A DNA stretch of 64,000 nt from Veleropilina oligotropha (GCA_048128005.1 JBEUKZ010000126.1:124001-188000); one strand, 5' to 3'; counted from the first letter of the stretch, positions 46,401-61,400 are shown. Program-made: numbers and translations. Notes: generated by a model not told the origin, from the letters alone.

Positions 46401-49400
46401 TCGTTTCTTCCTTAAATATGTCAAGGTCCCATGTGAAAGATCAACCATGACTTCCCATAGAAACTGTGTCCACGGTGCATCCTTTTTAATATATTGCCAC
46501 TTAAAACAAATGCTTTAATGGCCGGCAAGGCACTTCCTGCTTTCCAATTTTATCTGGCATAATTGGTAAATGTCGACTACATACGTCAATAGGAGTTCAC
46601 TTTATCCATTATAGGCACACGTATATCCATTTTTCCTTAATTAGGTCATTTAGAGCAATGTAGGTCATCTGAGGTCAAAGGTCATGGTGGAATTTGAAAG
46701 CTGTGATGAATTGATATTTAACGACCACGCCAACAGTATTTCAGTTATAAATCGGGTCAATCAACTTTGAATGATGAAATGAAGTGGTGCCGTGTGCAAT
46801 GGAGGCAGCGGTCATTGGAAAAGTCCCTGGCACTCTCAGGGCTTGAACCCATGACCTCCCGTATAGTAGACCAGCACCGTATCCACTCGACCACGCTGCC
46901 CCCTCATTTGAAAGCCCAACCATGACTTCCCATAGTAACCATGTGTTTACATTGCATCATTTTGATATAGCCATTTTATTAAGACCCTTAAAATTAAAAT
47001 CCAAAATGGCAGTCGGTTAAATTTAAAAATCAAAAATCCAATTCCATGACATTTTAGACAATTACCTCTGATATCGGAATATATAAATCATGTCCCGCTC
47101 GGTTAAATATTAACAATTAATAAAAGAAAATAGTTTTCTAATGAAATTCAAAATGGCCGCCAAAATATTGGGGTCACGTGACCCAAAATCTATAGGTGTC
47201 GTGTCCTCGCCCCAACCAATGCACATACCAAATTTGAAAACATTCCGTTAAGAAATGGCCTGTCTAGAGCGATCACAAGGAATTATGGTTAAAATCCAAG
47301 ATGGACGCCACAGAGGCCATCTTGGAGGTCGGACCACACCCAAATTCTATAGGTGCTGTGTCCTCACCCCAACCCAATGCACATACCAAATTTGAAAACA
47401 TTCCGTTAAGAAACGGCCTGCCTAGAGCGATCACGAGGAATATCTCTGCGGATGTGACGGCGTAACGGATGCTAAACCATAGTATCCCCCGACACTTTTG
47501 TTTCAGGGGATACAATTAGAAAAGTACACCATCTCTGAATTTAGCAATATAACAGCACTTTAAGGATTAACTTACCTTAGGAGTTTAACAAGTTTCTTTT
47601 TCAGCTGTTTGTTGTCGCTCTTGAGAATTGCCATCTCATCGTTGCTGTGGGTTACCATGGTGGCATAATGCGACTTTAGGGCAGATAACTCTTCCTGAAA
47701 TACAATGAGCAACATAATATTATGTGCTATTTAATTAATAATAACAACATGGCTAAATCACAACCAAAAACATATCTATCGTTTCCAAAAACATATCTAT
47801 CGTTTCCAAAAACATATCTACCGTTTCCAAAAACATATCTATCGTTTCCAAAAACATATCTATCGTTTCCAAAAAAACATATCTATCGATTCCAATGAGT
47901 GTGTGGGTACGGTCAGACGTCTGTCTGCCTATACAACCAGGCATCGAGAGGGTGAGTGATATGTTGCTGCCAATTTACTGTACGGGCTACAAAAGTGTGG
48001 GTTTGAGACCAGTCGAAGACATTTTGGAGTCAAGTCACATCTAGCAGGGGTGGGTGGGTTTCACATGACATTTCATTGCTTCCTCTCAAAATAATATGTA
48101 TTATAAACAAATAGTGATAAAGATGAGTTTTGTGTTTTTATCAATGTTAACAACTATGCAGCGCCGCCTATTCGCCACTTCGCCAAAGACAAATGAAACT
48201 AACATCTGGCGAGAAGCTTGACTAAATAAATGGTTAATGTCTTTGGCGAAAAGTCAATCCATGTGTAGCGTATCAGTGTCACGTGTTGTAAAATATCCCT
48301 CTTAATCCACTACTGACTGTTGCAAACTAAACTACAGTTATCACCATGAGGCAGATATCTGCTAACATAATTGATAGTTGGTCATTTCATGGAAGCAGGA
48401 ACACTGCAATGGGTGACATTGCCATTAATCTACTTTATCTGACTTGGTCACTCCTAATCTACACAACAGATTTGATAAGGCACACAGAGTGTACCAATAT
48501 AAACGAGGAATACATTTCTTGTTAACAGTGACATTGAGTGGTATGTGGCCAATTATGAAAATGAGATACCGCACAGATTAAACTTAATACTGTCCACTTC
48601 TGCTGGTTTTATATTCATGTGTAACGTTAAACAATAGACATTATTCAACATGCCCCCCAAACCTACTTAACCTACTCTAATTAATGCTACATTTGAACTT
48701 AACATGTCATGTTTAATAACATAGTTTAGTCTGCATTTTTGTCGATTCTCTGTGTCGTATAAAATCATGAATATAATGGTGACTAAAGGTTGAGAAATTT
48801 GACAAAAGAAATTTGCAGGTAGCAAAATTTTGGCTACGAAAAATCTGTAGGGGGCGCTGGCCATGCTATGGTTATATTTAGACATGTCCATATTATCGTG
48901 GAAGGAACGCCTGGATTATCCAATGAAACATACATGCCCCTGAAAGTTATGGAAAACTGAGTCTGTGATTGTAATTAACTGTACAAATTAAAGGGCGCTC
49001 TTTCAGTACTTCCCACACAGCTCCGGCTTTTACTCAACTCCGGTTTGTCATCTCCGATAAAAGGACGACTTTGGATGCGTCGTTAATGTTAAATCCATGG
49101 GGACTAGCTACAGGTGAACCTTGGTCAGTCCAGGCTCACGGGGCGGTCCGGTGTATATACGTTTGTAAAGCCAATACAACTACGTACCCATCACGTGTAT
49201 CTTATCATAGGCCGTGAATTTAAGACAAATAAAAGCCGGAGCTCCTTAAATATGATAAAAGTTTTAGCTGTGGGGGAAGTACCGAAAGAGCACCAATTAA
49301 AGTCTTCGAGAAAAGTCTCAATTGTTAAGAGTGAATTCAATTGGGGCAACTCTCCTACCCACACAATGATTACATCAAGTGGATTCGGTAAGTGACCAAA

Positions 49401-52400
49401 ACACTCATAAATAAACATAAGTAAACTAAAATATCAAAGCAGAAGGGTATGCCAAGCAGTGCGTGCATGAACAGGGAACAGATTTGAGATGCAATAATTA
49501 TATATCATAGCAGATTGTTAAAGAAGAAATGCAATATATTAATATGTAATTAATTTACAGTTGTATAGACTAAACATACAACAGATATGCAATTATAATA
49601 ATAAAGTGCTAGCTGTTATTACGAATGTGGAAATAAAATTACTTATATTTGGTCTGTAAAAATACTGTTGTCTGGAAGTTCTTTAAGTGATATTATCTTG
49701 ATTTCGCCGTGAATTCTCTGTTCTGATTGGCTGACGTCATTTTGTTAACTGACCGTAAACACCGTTCAGCCGTTGTTTATGGATTCTTATACAACGGTGA
49801 CATCATTCCTCTGTTCTGATTGGCTAACTGGCCATCAAGGGAAATAACTCGGCCTTACTGAAACCGTCCATTGTTTTGCAAATGGCTGCTATGGTCATAA
49901 ATAACGAAATCGGGACTCTGTTAATCAAACATCACGGTAAGAAATCAAGTTAATTCAACATAAAATCAAGATAAATACGTTGTCGAACAACGTCTTGGTA
50001 AATACGTTGGATTGAATACCTCATATTGTTAAACCACTCGGTGCTAGTGCCTCGTGGTTTAACTTTATTCGGTATTCAATCCACTGTATTTACCGCGACG
50101 TCGTCCGACGACTTATATCAATTTTCTGAATTCTATTACCTGAAGCTTTTTCCTGACGACAGTTTCACCTTCAAGTTCTGTTGTCGTCTGCAAAGCGAAA
50201 TTAATATGATTACATTTGAGATGGCAGATTTGACCATTATAAATTTCTATCACCTTCGAATTGACAGCCACCTATTCCACCATCAGGTGACCTTAGACCA
50301 CATATGTAACTAGGGATATGAAAAATATACAACCATCAGGTTTACATTTGTATTGGTTTATATTTTTTGCATAATGCAGTTGAAGATCCTAGTGGAAAAA
50401 GTGCTTAAGTCACATTTTTGGAATATTACGTATTACTAAGCTAAATTGCCCAATTATGTGTCTTTCATCTATAGAAGCAATCTATGCCATAGAAAACGGG
50501 CCTAAGTCAAATATAATCAATGCACATTATTTAAACATGAAAACAACCCCTGTAATAAGGAAAAATAAATATAAAAATGGCGATGTCTCTAAAATTACAA
50601 AATCTGATTTAGGTACTTTTTCCACTAGGATCTTAAATTTAGAAATGCAAATTGTCATCATGAGGTCAAATTAAAAAGCTAGCAGGAATTAATTTTGCAA
50701 ATTAAAATAAAGCGCAATACTAAAGCATAATTATCTAAAACCTTTTAAATACTCACAAATTTGACTTCAGATTTTAGTTCATGGCTTTCGCCATCTCTTG
50801 TTTGCAGTAACCTGGTCAAGTCGCTCAACTGAAAACAGATCGAATTCATAATGATATTCCACCACACTCCGTATTGTATTATAATGACATACAGTTGTTT
50901 AACAAATTGTATATATTTATAAAAGATACAATACCTTTTTTGTTTTTGACATTGCTATATTGTTTGACCTTCATTATCCTTCTACCCTGCTACCCTCCAT
51001 GCTTGCTCATCATACATCTCCTCCTGATCAGCCTCCATTCATCCTCATCCTGACCTGCCCCCCCTCGCCTGTTTCCCATTCATCCCGTTCCTGACCTGCT
51101 CCCCCTCCTGCCCTGTTCCACCTTCATCCCCCTGCTGCCCATCCCACTTAATCTCTGTCATAACATGCTCCCCCTTTATCTCCTTCCCATCTCCCCCTCC
51201 TGCTTATACCCCTTATACCTCTCCTGTCTGTCCCCCTCCTCCCCTCCTACATTATCCCCCTCCTGCTTGTCCCCCCTCTATCCCCCTTCTGCTTGTCCCC
51301 CCTCTATCCCCCTCCTGCTTGTCCCCCCTCTATCCCCCTCCGGCTTGTCCCCCCTCTATCCCCCTTCTGCTTGTCCCCCCTCTATCCCCCTCCTGCTTGT
51401 TCCCCCTCTATCCCCCTCCTGCTTGTCCCCCCTCTATCCCCCTTCTGCTTGTCCTCCCTCTATCCCCCTCCTGCTTGTCCCCCCTCTATCCCCCTCTGGC
51501 TTGTCCCCCCTCTATCCCCCTTCTGCTTGTCCCCCCCTCTATCCCCCTCCTGCTTGTCCCCCCTCTAACTCCCTCCTGCTTGTCCCCCCTCTATCCCCCT
51601 TCTGCTTGTCACACCTCTATCCCCCTCCTGCTTGTCCCCCCTCTATCCCCCTTCTGCTTGTCCCCCCTCTATCCCCCTCCTGCTTGTCCCCCCTCTATCC
51701 CCCTTCTGCTTGTCCCCGCTCTATCCCCCTCCTGCTTGTCCCCCCTCTATCCCCCTCCTGCTTGTCCCCCCTCTATCCCCATTCTGCTTGTCCCCCCTAT
51801 AACCCCCTCCTGCATGTCCCCCCTCCTGCTTGTCCCCCCTCTATCCCCCTTCTGCTTGTCCCCCCTCTATCCCCCTTCTGCTTGTCCCCCCTCTATCTCC
51901 CTCCTGCTTGTCTCCCCTCTATCCCCCTCCTGCTTGTCCCCCTCTATCCCCCTTCTGCTTGTCCCCCCTCTATCCCCCTCCTGCTTGTCCCCCCTCTATC
52001 CCCCTTCTGCTTGTCCCCCCTCTATCTCCCTCCTGCTTGTCCCCCCTCTATCCCCTCCTGCTTGTCCCCCCTCTATCCCCTCCTGCTTGTCCCCCCCTCT
52101 ATCCCCCTTCTGCTTGTCCCCCCTCTATCCCCCTCCTGCATGTCCCCCCTCCTGCTTGTCCCCCCTCTATCCCCCTTCTGCTTGTCCCCCCTCTATCCCC
52201 CTTCTGCTTGTTCCCCCTCTATCCCCCTTCTGCTTGTCCCCCCTCTATCCCCCTCCTGCTTGTCCCCCCTCTATCCCCCTCCTGACCTGCTTCCCCTTCT
52301 GCCGACTCTCCGTCTCCCGCGCCGTCTTGATCTCGGTCATCTCTTGCTCCAGCATCACGATGAAGTTCTCCTGCTCAGAGAGCTTCTCCATCATCTCCAT

Positions 52401-55400
52401 CAGAGACGCCTCATGACTGACGTAACTCTGAAATCAAACAGACACAAAGCGAGTGAAGAGTGACCTCTCTCAGTGACATCTCGTCACTGACATAGCCTGA
52501 AACCAGACAGAAACAATGTGTGATCTGTCATTGACTAACATAACCTTGTGACTAACATAACCCTGAAACCAGACAGAGCAAAATAAGCGGAGAGTGACCT
52601 CTGTCAGTGATGCCTCGTGACAAACATAGCCCTGAAGTAAAATCGAAACAACATCAATGGAGAGTGACCTCTGTCAGTGCCTCCTTGTGACTGACGTACC
52701 CAGAAACCAGACAGAAACAACATGTGACCTCTGTTATTGAAGACTTGTGACTAACAAAACCTGAAACCAAACACAGACAAAGTAAACGGAGAGTGACCTC
52801 TGTCAGTGACGCCTCGTGATTGAAGTAGCCCCGAAACAAGACAGAAATATTGTTAATATAAGTTGTCGGACAACGTCGCAGTGAATATGGTAGATTGAAT
52901 ACCGAATAAAGTTAAACGACGAGGTGCTAGCACCGAGTGGTTTAACGTTATGAGGTATTCAATCCAGCGTATTTATCAAGACGTTGTTCGACAATGTATT
53001 TATCTTGATTTTACTTGATTTCTTACCGTGAGGCTTGATTAACAGAGTCCCGATTTGGTTCATAACACAAGTTTGTTATGATGGCAGCCATTTGCAAAGG
53101 AATCAGCGGCTTCAATAAGGCCGAGTTATTTCCCTTGACAGCCAGTTAGCCAATCAGAACAGAGGATTGGCGTCACCGTGGTTTAAGCTTTCATATACCA
53201 CAGCTGAGCCGTGGTTCACAGCCAGTTAACAAAATGACGTCAGCCAATCAGAACAGAGGAATCACGGCAAAATCAAGATAACGGATAGTAACCTACGTCT
53301 GTGATGTATTGCGGTTAACGTAGCCTTGAAACCAGCTACAAACAACATAAGCGTTGTGTGACCTATGTCAGTGACGTCTTGCGTTTGATGTGTCCTGAAA
53401 CACCATAAACAGAGAGTGAAAATATGTCAAACAGACATGGATGCTTTAATTTTATTTCAATCTGACAGTTGAGGATAAATTACCTACCTTGATGGCCTGC
53501 TCGTGCTGCATTCTCTCCGAGCTGACCTGGAACTCCAAGGCAGACAACTCTTCCTTCAGCAGGTCAATCTGGTCACAGTAGTCCTGTGTGGTCTGTTCAA
53601 GTTGTTGCTCCAAGGACTCAATACCGTGATCTTTCTCATCCAAAAATGCCTGCAGCTCATTTCTGTCCTTAGTAATGGTTTTATTGTTGCTTTGGAGATT
53701 TTCGACATTCAAATTCAAGGAAGCGAAGTCTTCTTTAGATTTCAATTCTGATGAATTTAACTCTTCTAATTTTGCTGTCAGTTCTGATTTTTGGCTTTCC
53801 CAGTCATTTCTCTCTTCATCTGTTGACGTATTTAAGGATTCAAGAACTAATTTTAAGTGCTCATTGTCTTGTAAACTGTTTGCAAGATAATTTTCTACAT
53901 TACTTTTTGCTTCAAGTGTTGATTCATAAAGAATTTTTGTTTCTGTAAGTGTTTCAGTAATTTTTAATTTCTCCTTTCTTATAATTTTCAATTTACTTTC
54001 TATTTCAGTCACAGCACTCTTTGTTTGAGCCATTTCAATCATTTGTGCTGTCTTTTCTTTTAAGATGCTTTCATTTTCTTTTACCATATCATCTAATTTT
54101 AGTTTGTAAATATCAGATTTATTTAACAAACTATCCTTTTCTTCTGTCAAACCTTGAATTTTTTGTAAGAGTTCTTGCTTCTCTGAGTTTAGTGTACAGA
54201 CACGAGTGTCATTTTCATGTCTTTCTTTTTCAGCAGATTCATTTAAGTTAATAATTTTATTTTTTAATGCTTGTATATTCTCGTCCTTTGATCTTAAACT
54301 ACACTCTAGGCTTGTTTTAATTTCTTGCTCTGACGATAACTTCTGGTGAAATTCGTCTGTTTTCTGCTGCAAGTTTCTGGTCAGCAGTGATTGCATTTCG
54401 GCTACTTTATCGTGCAAAGTGACGCATTGAATTTGCAAATCCGATTGGTCCACTTCATTTTTGTCTAACTGACCCTCTAGATCTGAAATTATTTCCTTAT
54501 TTGCATTAATTATGCTATCTTTTTCATCACAAGATTTCTCAATATCTTCACATTTTTTAATCAATACTAAATTATCCTTTTCCAAATTCGAGATAGAAGC
54601 ATTGGCTACATCATGATTATTTCTCAGTTCTTGATAATCAGACACTTTTTGTGATAACTCTTCCTCTTTTTGGCTCAAAGTTTTCTTTATCAATGTAAGT
54701 TCTTTTGATTTTTCATCCGTTTTACTAACTTTTAACCTTAAATCGTTTTGCAAAGAAAGAACTTTATCTTTTTCAGATTTAAGCCATGTTTGTGTCTCTT
54801 GTATTTCGCTATCTTTCAATGAACATTGATTTTGTAAGTCAGTTTGTTTTTCTAAACTTGCTTGTATCAGAAGGTGCATATTAGATTCTTTTTGTTTATA
54901 TTCACTAATTACATCATCTTTCTCAACTGATGACCTTTCATACTGGACAATTTGATCTTTTAACACAATATTTTCACTTTCTAAATCCGAAACTGCTATC
55001 TTTGAAGAATCTAAACGATTTTGAAGTTGTTCATTATTTGAAAGATTTTGTAATAATTGTTTCTCCTTTTCTGCAATATCTTGCTCGAGTACAGCAATTT
55101 CATCAGATTTTTTGTTTCTTTCAGTATTCATCAAGTTTAAGTTTTGTTTCAAAGAAGACACAATTTCTTGCTCTGACTTTATCAAAGTTTGTGCCTTCTG
55201 AAATTGGTCATCTTTGTGAGAACAAAATATTTGAGCTTCTGATAAATCCGACTGCAAACTTTCAACATGGTCCAAAGCCTTGTTTTTATTTTCTGTAACA
55301 TCTGTCAAGGCACTTTTCAATTTCATGATGTTATTATCCTGTGTTGCTATGCGACTCGTTGTTTGGTCGAATGTTTGCTGAGATCGCACCAGATGAGAGT

Positions 55401-58400
55401 ACAATTCATTGATTTGAGCTTGAACATTTTGATTATCACTCCATATAACCTGATAAAAACAAAAACAAAATAATGGATACAAAATACTGCAATGTTTTTT
55501 AATCAGGAAACCTAATTAATAATACATGTAGTCCAGATATGAGTAGGCCACAACGGACAAGAGGGTGACCCCCAATTCTCTCGCATGGCTGCTCTGTTTA
55601 ACAGGAGTAGGCTCAAATTCTCGGCTAGGCATTTTGTTCAAGTAACAGTCACTGTTGCCCATAACCGTCCCGGGGAACCAGTCTTTCCTCTCGCAACAAT
55701 ATGGACATGTCCTGGTATGAACCTGAATGATGATAAAGAGACTATTGCCCGTGAATGCGCTCTTTCTTTTATAAAAAGAAAACTAACAGCATTACACTTT
55801 TTTCATAACATAAAAAGTTAGGAATTTTCAACACTCAACTTTCGTCAGTAATTTGCTACCGTTTAAATTAATCACTACCGGTACTGAATATTTAAATATA
55901 ATTAAACGCGGTCCGCGTTTAGTTACCTCGCACAGAGTGCATTTCCAATTGACCTAGTTAGAGCACAGTTGCGTTGGTTTCTGCTCGCCATGTAAGATAG
56001 CTTTCTACTTGACAATAACATATATTGCCCAATTGCAATATTAATAATTTCAATAAAAGTCTATTATTTGATCATATCTTCGCAAAATTTCTATCAATCT
56101 GCACGAACCGTGCGATAGATTGTGATCAGTCATGCTACACAGTCACGAAAAGAGCGCATTTACGGGCAATAGTCTCTAAACAAATAGGATGTTAAGCATT
56201 GATCCAGATATATATCAACAGCAAAATAATTTAACATTATAAATAGCGCATGACTTGAGATGTTGACTGATATTATACAAAGTCAAGAACACTGAGAAAA
56301 TTCATCGTTATGGACAAATGTGAATCAAGTTTCATAAATATATGTAGAGCGGATAAAAATAAATTAATACTACGTAAAACATAAGATTTCGGATAAAAAT
56401 TTTTGCAGGCAATACTAAATGGAGAAACCAACCTCCATCTATCGTTTTGGAGACAAACATGACTGATAATTCTGATTAACGCCTTAATCAGGAATTAAAA
56501 TGACACTTTCAAATCGGCAGAGTCGAATATTGCATTTAGCCTAATAAAATATCACTGAGTAAACAGGCAAATCTGGTTATCACGATGTGGTCATAACATT
56601 ATGCGTGCACTCAAAACGTTGTCAAATGCCTGTTTCATATTTGAAATGTGAAATGGTTCATGCATGCACAGTCATTGCAACGCAAATCACATCTTTGAAT
56701 CTCCTTCACTGTTAAAAACAGATATATCAATTTTATAGCTTATATGCTGGGCAGTGAAACAGTTAAGTAATTACACCAGCTATCATAGGTCTCATGGGAA
56801 AAAAACACATTTATTTAAGTAAAAGTACAAAATATTCAATATTTGTACTTTTCCGATCTTACCTCCTCTGTTTTGACTCCACTAGGACATTCCTTCATCG
56901 CGTGAAGCCAATCTATTGACCTCTGCAGCTGATTCAGTGCATTGCTATCATCCTCTATCTCCTGGTTTTTCAATAAAACACTTTCTGTCAACGTTTCAAT
57001 ATTTGAATTCTTAGCTTGTAATTCAAGCAATGATTGGGTAATGTTGGAATTCAATTTTTCAATTTCCATTTCCTTATTTTTACCAACGTCCTCAGCAGTA
57101 TTAACTTTTTCTTGCAGTTGAGATAAACTGCATTGCAGTTCTTCAATTTGCTTATCATTTGCTGTGCAAGTTGACATTTTTTCTTTCAGATCACATTTTA
57201 GCTGTTCCACTTGTTTTATCAGTTCCAGTTTCTCAGATACCGCAGTATGCAACGATTCGTTCATGTGACCTTCTTTACTGCTATGCAAATCCAAAGACTT
57301 GTCAAGTTCCGTTCTTACCGAATGTAACTGTGCACTAAGAGAGATAATCTCTGCCTCTTTGTTACTCACAAAGTGTTTTAATTTATCTTTCTCTACTTCT
57401 TTGGTATTGGCCACATCTTGACTCGTCTTTAGGACTAATTTCAAAATATTCACTTCATCTAACAGTTGTGAATTTTCAGTTTTTCTTTGACAAATTTCTT
57501 GAGATGCTTCTGTCCTAAATTCGTCACTTTTTGCATTTAATAATGCAATTGTTTCAGTATATTTATCAATTTCATTTTTCTGTGTTACTTTCATACTTTC
57601 AGAATGAAGTTCTTGTTCCATGATTGTTTTCTTTAGTTCTTCATTTGCGTTATTTAACTTTAAATTAACGCTTTCTGCATCGCTTATTTGCTGAAGAAGA
57701 TTTTGAATTTTACTCGTTGCGTCTAACTGTCCTGAAGCCATGTTACTTTTGTCGAAGAGAGAATTTTCATATTTCACTAACATGTCCTGTGATTTTTGGT
57801 CCGATGAGGTGACTTTTGCCTCTAGATTCCGGATTGCTGCAGCCTGACTGTCTGTCATACCCTGAGACGTTGCTAGCTCCTGTTGAAGAGCTTTAATGTT
57901 AAGTTCTAACTCTGATTTTTGCTTTTCAGAATTTTGGTATTCTATGTTTAACGCCGCGATGCTATCTTTATAGATCTTATCTCTATCAATGTTCTCTGAT
58001 TCTGTGGTCATAATTTTCGTGCACACAATGGCATAATCCGCCTTTAGAGCATCCATATGAGATTGAGTTGTCTGTTCCTTTAAGTTCCACTCTTTGACCT
58101 TCATTTCAGAGTCCATTTCAGCCTTTTCACACCTACAACAGGAAATAAAATAAAATAGACAGTCCGGATTATAATGTGCTGATGATGCACTATAAACATG
58201 TAAACCTCAGTTTAAAGATATGCACTGGCCTCTCATCGAGAGGTTTAGGGTTCAACCCCGATCCCGGCGACTTCCCTTGGGCAAGGAATTTAGCAAATAT
58301 TTGCCTCGGTTCACCCATGCCGATCTAAATGGGTACCTGGTTGGTGTTATTGAGTCGTAGCGCTTACTCATGGCAGCTTGGCTGTAATACTCTCAAAGAG

Positions 58401-61400
58401 AGCAGAGATGGATAAATGATCAGAACAGGCCGATAAAAACCAGGGATAATAATGTCTGCACTTTAATAGAGCATGTATATACATGGAATACAGCGCGTTA
58501 TAAATGGACTATTATTATAATAATTCCATTGGTGTACGAATAAAATATATGACATTGTTCCTTATTCAAAATATAATGTGTTTTGTAATATATAAATAAA
58601 GGGGTGTACACAAATAATGGAATTCATCTATTTTCGTTGCACCTTTCATATGCACTATGAAAAATGATCCTCATATATTACACCGACAGGATATTTATCA
58701 TTATGGTAAGATATTCGGAGGGCTAAAGACTACTACTTGTCCATGCTGATAACTTTATTAGCAAATAGAACAGAGGAACAACACAAATTCTATAAGTCAT
58801 ATCGGTGTACAGATGACATTTCTATTCAAACAACATCATATGTACCCTGTGTTGAATATCCTTTATTGTTATATGACTGCACATTTTCACCCACCCTTAT
58901 TTGCTAAAAGGCAATCATGTGGTATTGATTATGAAATTATGTTTGCTGATGGACAGGTCAACATAACGAATTCATTGACAAGCAGGTCAATATAATGAAT
59001 CTGTTCTGCACCCATTTGCTAAAACTCGATCTTCTTTCATCTGATGCGATCTGTGTATTATGTGAGTGGGATGCACGGGAATAGCTTCAAGGATTTGTGA
59101 ACCAAAACTTATAATATAGGCGAAATTTCACTATACGGCATATTCGTATCATATTATTTGTTGTGTTAGTCTTTCACGAGTGTTCGTGTTTATTGTAAGC
59201 TGACCTGGTGAAATAATCAATCAGCTCCAGAATAGTCATATTTTTGGGTCAGGGGTCGAATTGACATCACAATGGACAGGCCACTCGGAATCTTTTCAAT
59301 TCGATGGCAACATCATTGTCCGCAAATTGGTTACTCAACAGGAACAATAGCATTAGGACTAGTGTGTCATCGCCAAATAAGTGTTCGGGAAATTTCTGGG
59401 TGACTTGCTAAGGATCTTTTATATCCATGTTTTGATAATCTAAATCATGGCGCTACTAATAAGAGAATATATAAATAAATATACAATAGCATTATTATCA
59501 GCCAGAATATATTATGTGTTCATAAATCCTTTAAGTCATATAACAATAAAATTATTGGACAGTTGAGAAGATGTTATTGGTTCCAAGCAATGACAAGATG
59601 TAAACGTTTTGATACTTTGGCGGTAGATGGTAAGCATCTGATATCCCTCGTCAAGCCACCCGCCACACAGTGTCACTAAGTAACATGTAAATTCTCACCT
59701 TTGAGCCTGACTGGACCAAAGGCAAAGGCAAGGAGGCCATCTACATTAGCCAATATAAACCCACCATGAACTGTGACCAGGGATACCACCTGACGACATT
59801 CTATCTGCGCTCCCCTGCGGCCAACAAGATCATTATGTGATCAAGACTGCTAGCTGAGCAGTCTGAAACGTTGCAAAACATTTATAAAACAGTTATATAC
59901 TACGTAAAAACAACTACACAATAAAATTATTGACTCTTGTCTAGGCGTTTATAATGATTTATCCACCACGGTTAGAGACATTCACCTACGATTTGTCTGT
60001 TATGAACATGACTTTCTTTGGTGGCTAAATCATTATATACACCAAGACAGCAGTCAATAATTATATTATGGTTGTGTGGGGCGTTCTGGACCCACCTCCG
60101 TTCCATCTCTCGATATTTATTGCGGACGTCTCGTAGCTCTGCCTGCAGCGCGTTGATCGAGTCCATGAGATTGTCGCGGTCAAGCGATATGCTGTCCACT
60201 CTGGTCAGCAGCTCCAACCGCGACGCCTCCGTGTTTATGAGGTCGTGGTTTAGCTGATCCACGTTGATGCCATCATTCGGTGTGGACGGTATAACCGGTT
60301 GGCTGGTTTCCTGAAAAGAGAGCGATGTTAAATTTCTTCATCAAAATTCCTTCTTTTCTAGACACCTTATTTAAGTTAATATCAGGCATGTGCAAAGTGC
60401 TCAACAGCAAATAAAATTTCCAGTGAATAATCTACAAAAAATTTTTTGTGAAGGAACATCGTTCATTAATTTTTATGTAGGCATCACCTCCAGAATTGAC
60501 TTTGACCTTATGTCTAGTCGTTCTAGACCAAAATCTGTTCTTGATCAACAGTGCCCACATTATGCAACTGTGTTCTGATTATTAACTGAACGGACACGCA
60601 AAACCCTCTTGGTCCACATTAAACAGTCAAACTGGATTTCGAAATTAAAGGAATAAACCAGCTATTCATCATATTAAAGAGATGTTTCACCAAGTTTTCA
60701 GAAATGATGCATCATTTAACAGAGTGGGAGGGAGGGAGGAATGATGCTTAATGTCCTGTATATTTACAACATCGAGGTTCAAGACAGGACATGTCCATGT
60801 TATCGAGGGAGGAAATCCCGGTCGCCCGGGTAAACCCGCCCTCTTCAGCCAGTCGCGGACAACTGTGATTCATAACTTGAACTTTAACAGAGTGAACAAG
60901 TTTGGTGATCATAGGACCTGTAGTATTCTATACGCTGAGCTAAATGCAAAACTTAAAGTTAAAAAATACAGAAGTCATTTGTTGATGGACAGACAGAGCA
61001 ACAACAATATCCCCCGCTTCCTTCATGTGGCGAACAGAAAATGTTGTCTAAGTTTGGTGATCATAGGACCTGTAGTATTCCAGACACTGAGCAAAACGCA
61101 AAACTTAAAGTTGAAAAATACCGAAGTCATTTGTTGACGGACAGAGCAACAACAATATCCCCCACTTACTTCAGGCGGCGGACAGAAAGTGTTGTCCATT
61201 TTTGGTGATCATATGACTTGTCATATTCCAGACACTGAGCTAAACGCAAAACTTAACGTTGAAAAATACCTAAGTCATTTGCGCGTAAAATGTGGGTCAA
61301 GGTCGCGAGAGCATCACCGATATGTAATGGGCACTCTATAACAAAGTTGTTGTCCAATTTAGGTGATCATAGGACTTGTAGTATTCCAGAAACTGAGTTA

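Noticed and set aside
51165..52463. Pro/Leu/Ser/Cys-rich ORFs of 432 and 365 aa
   Set aside because: They are translations of a C-rich minisatellite antisense to FYCO1.
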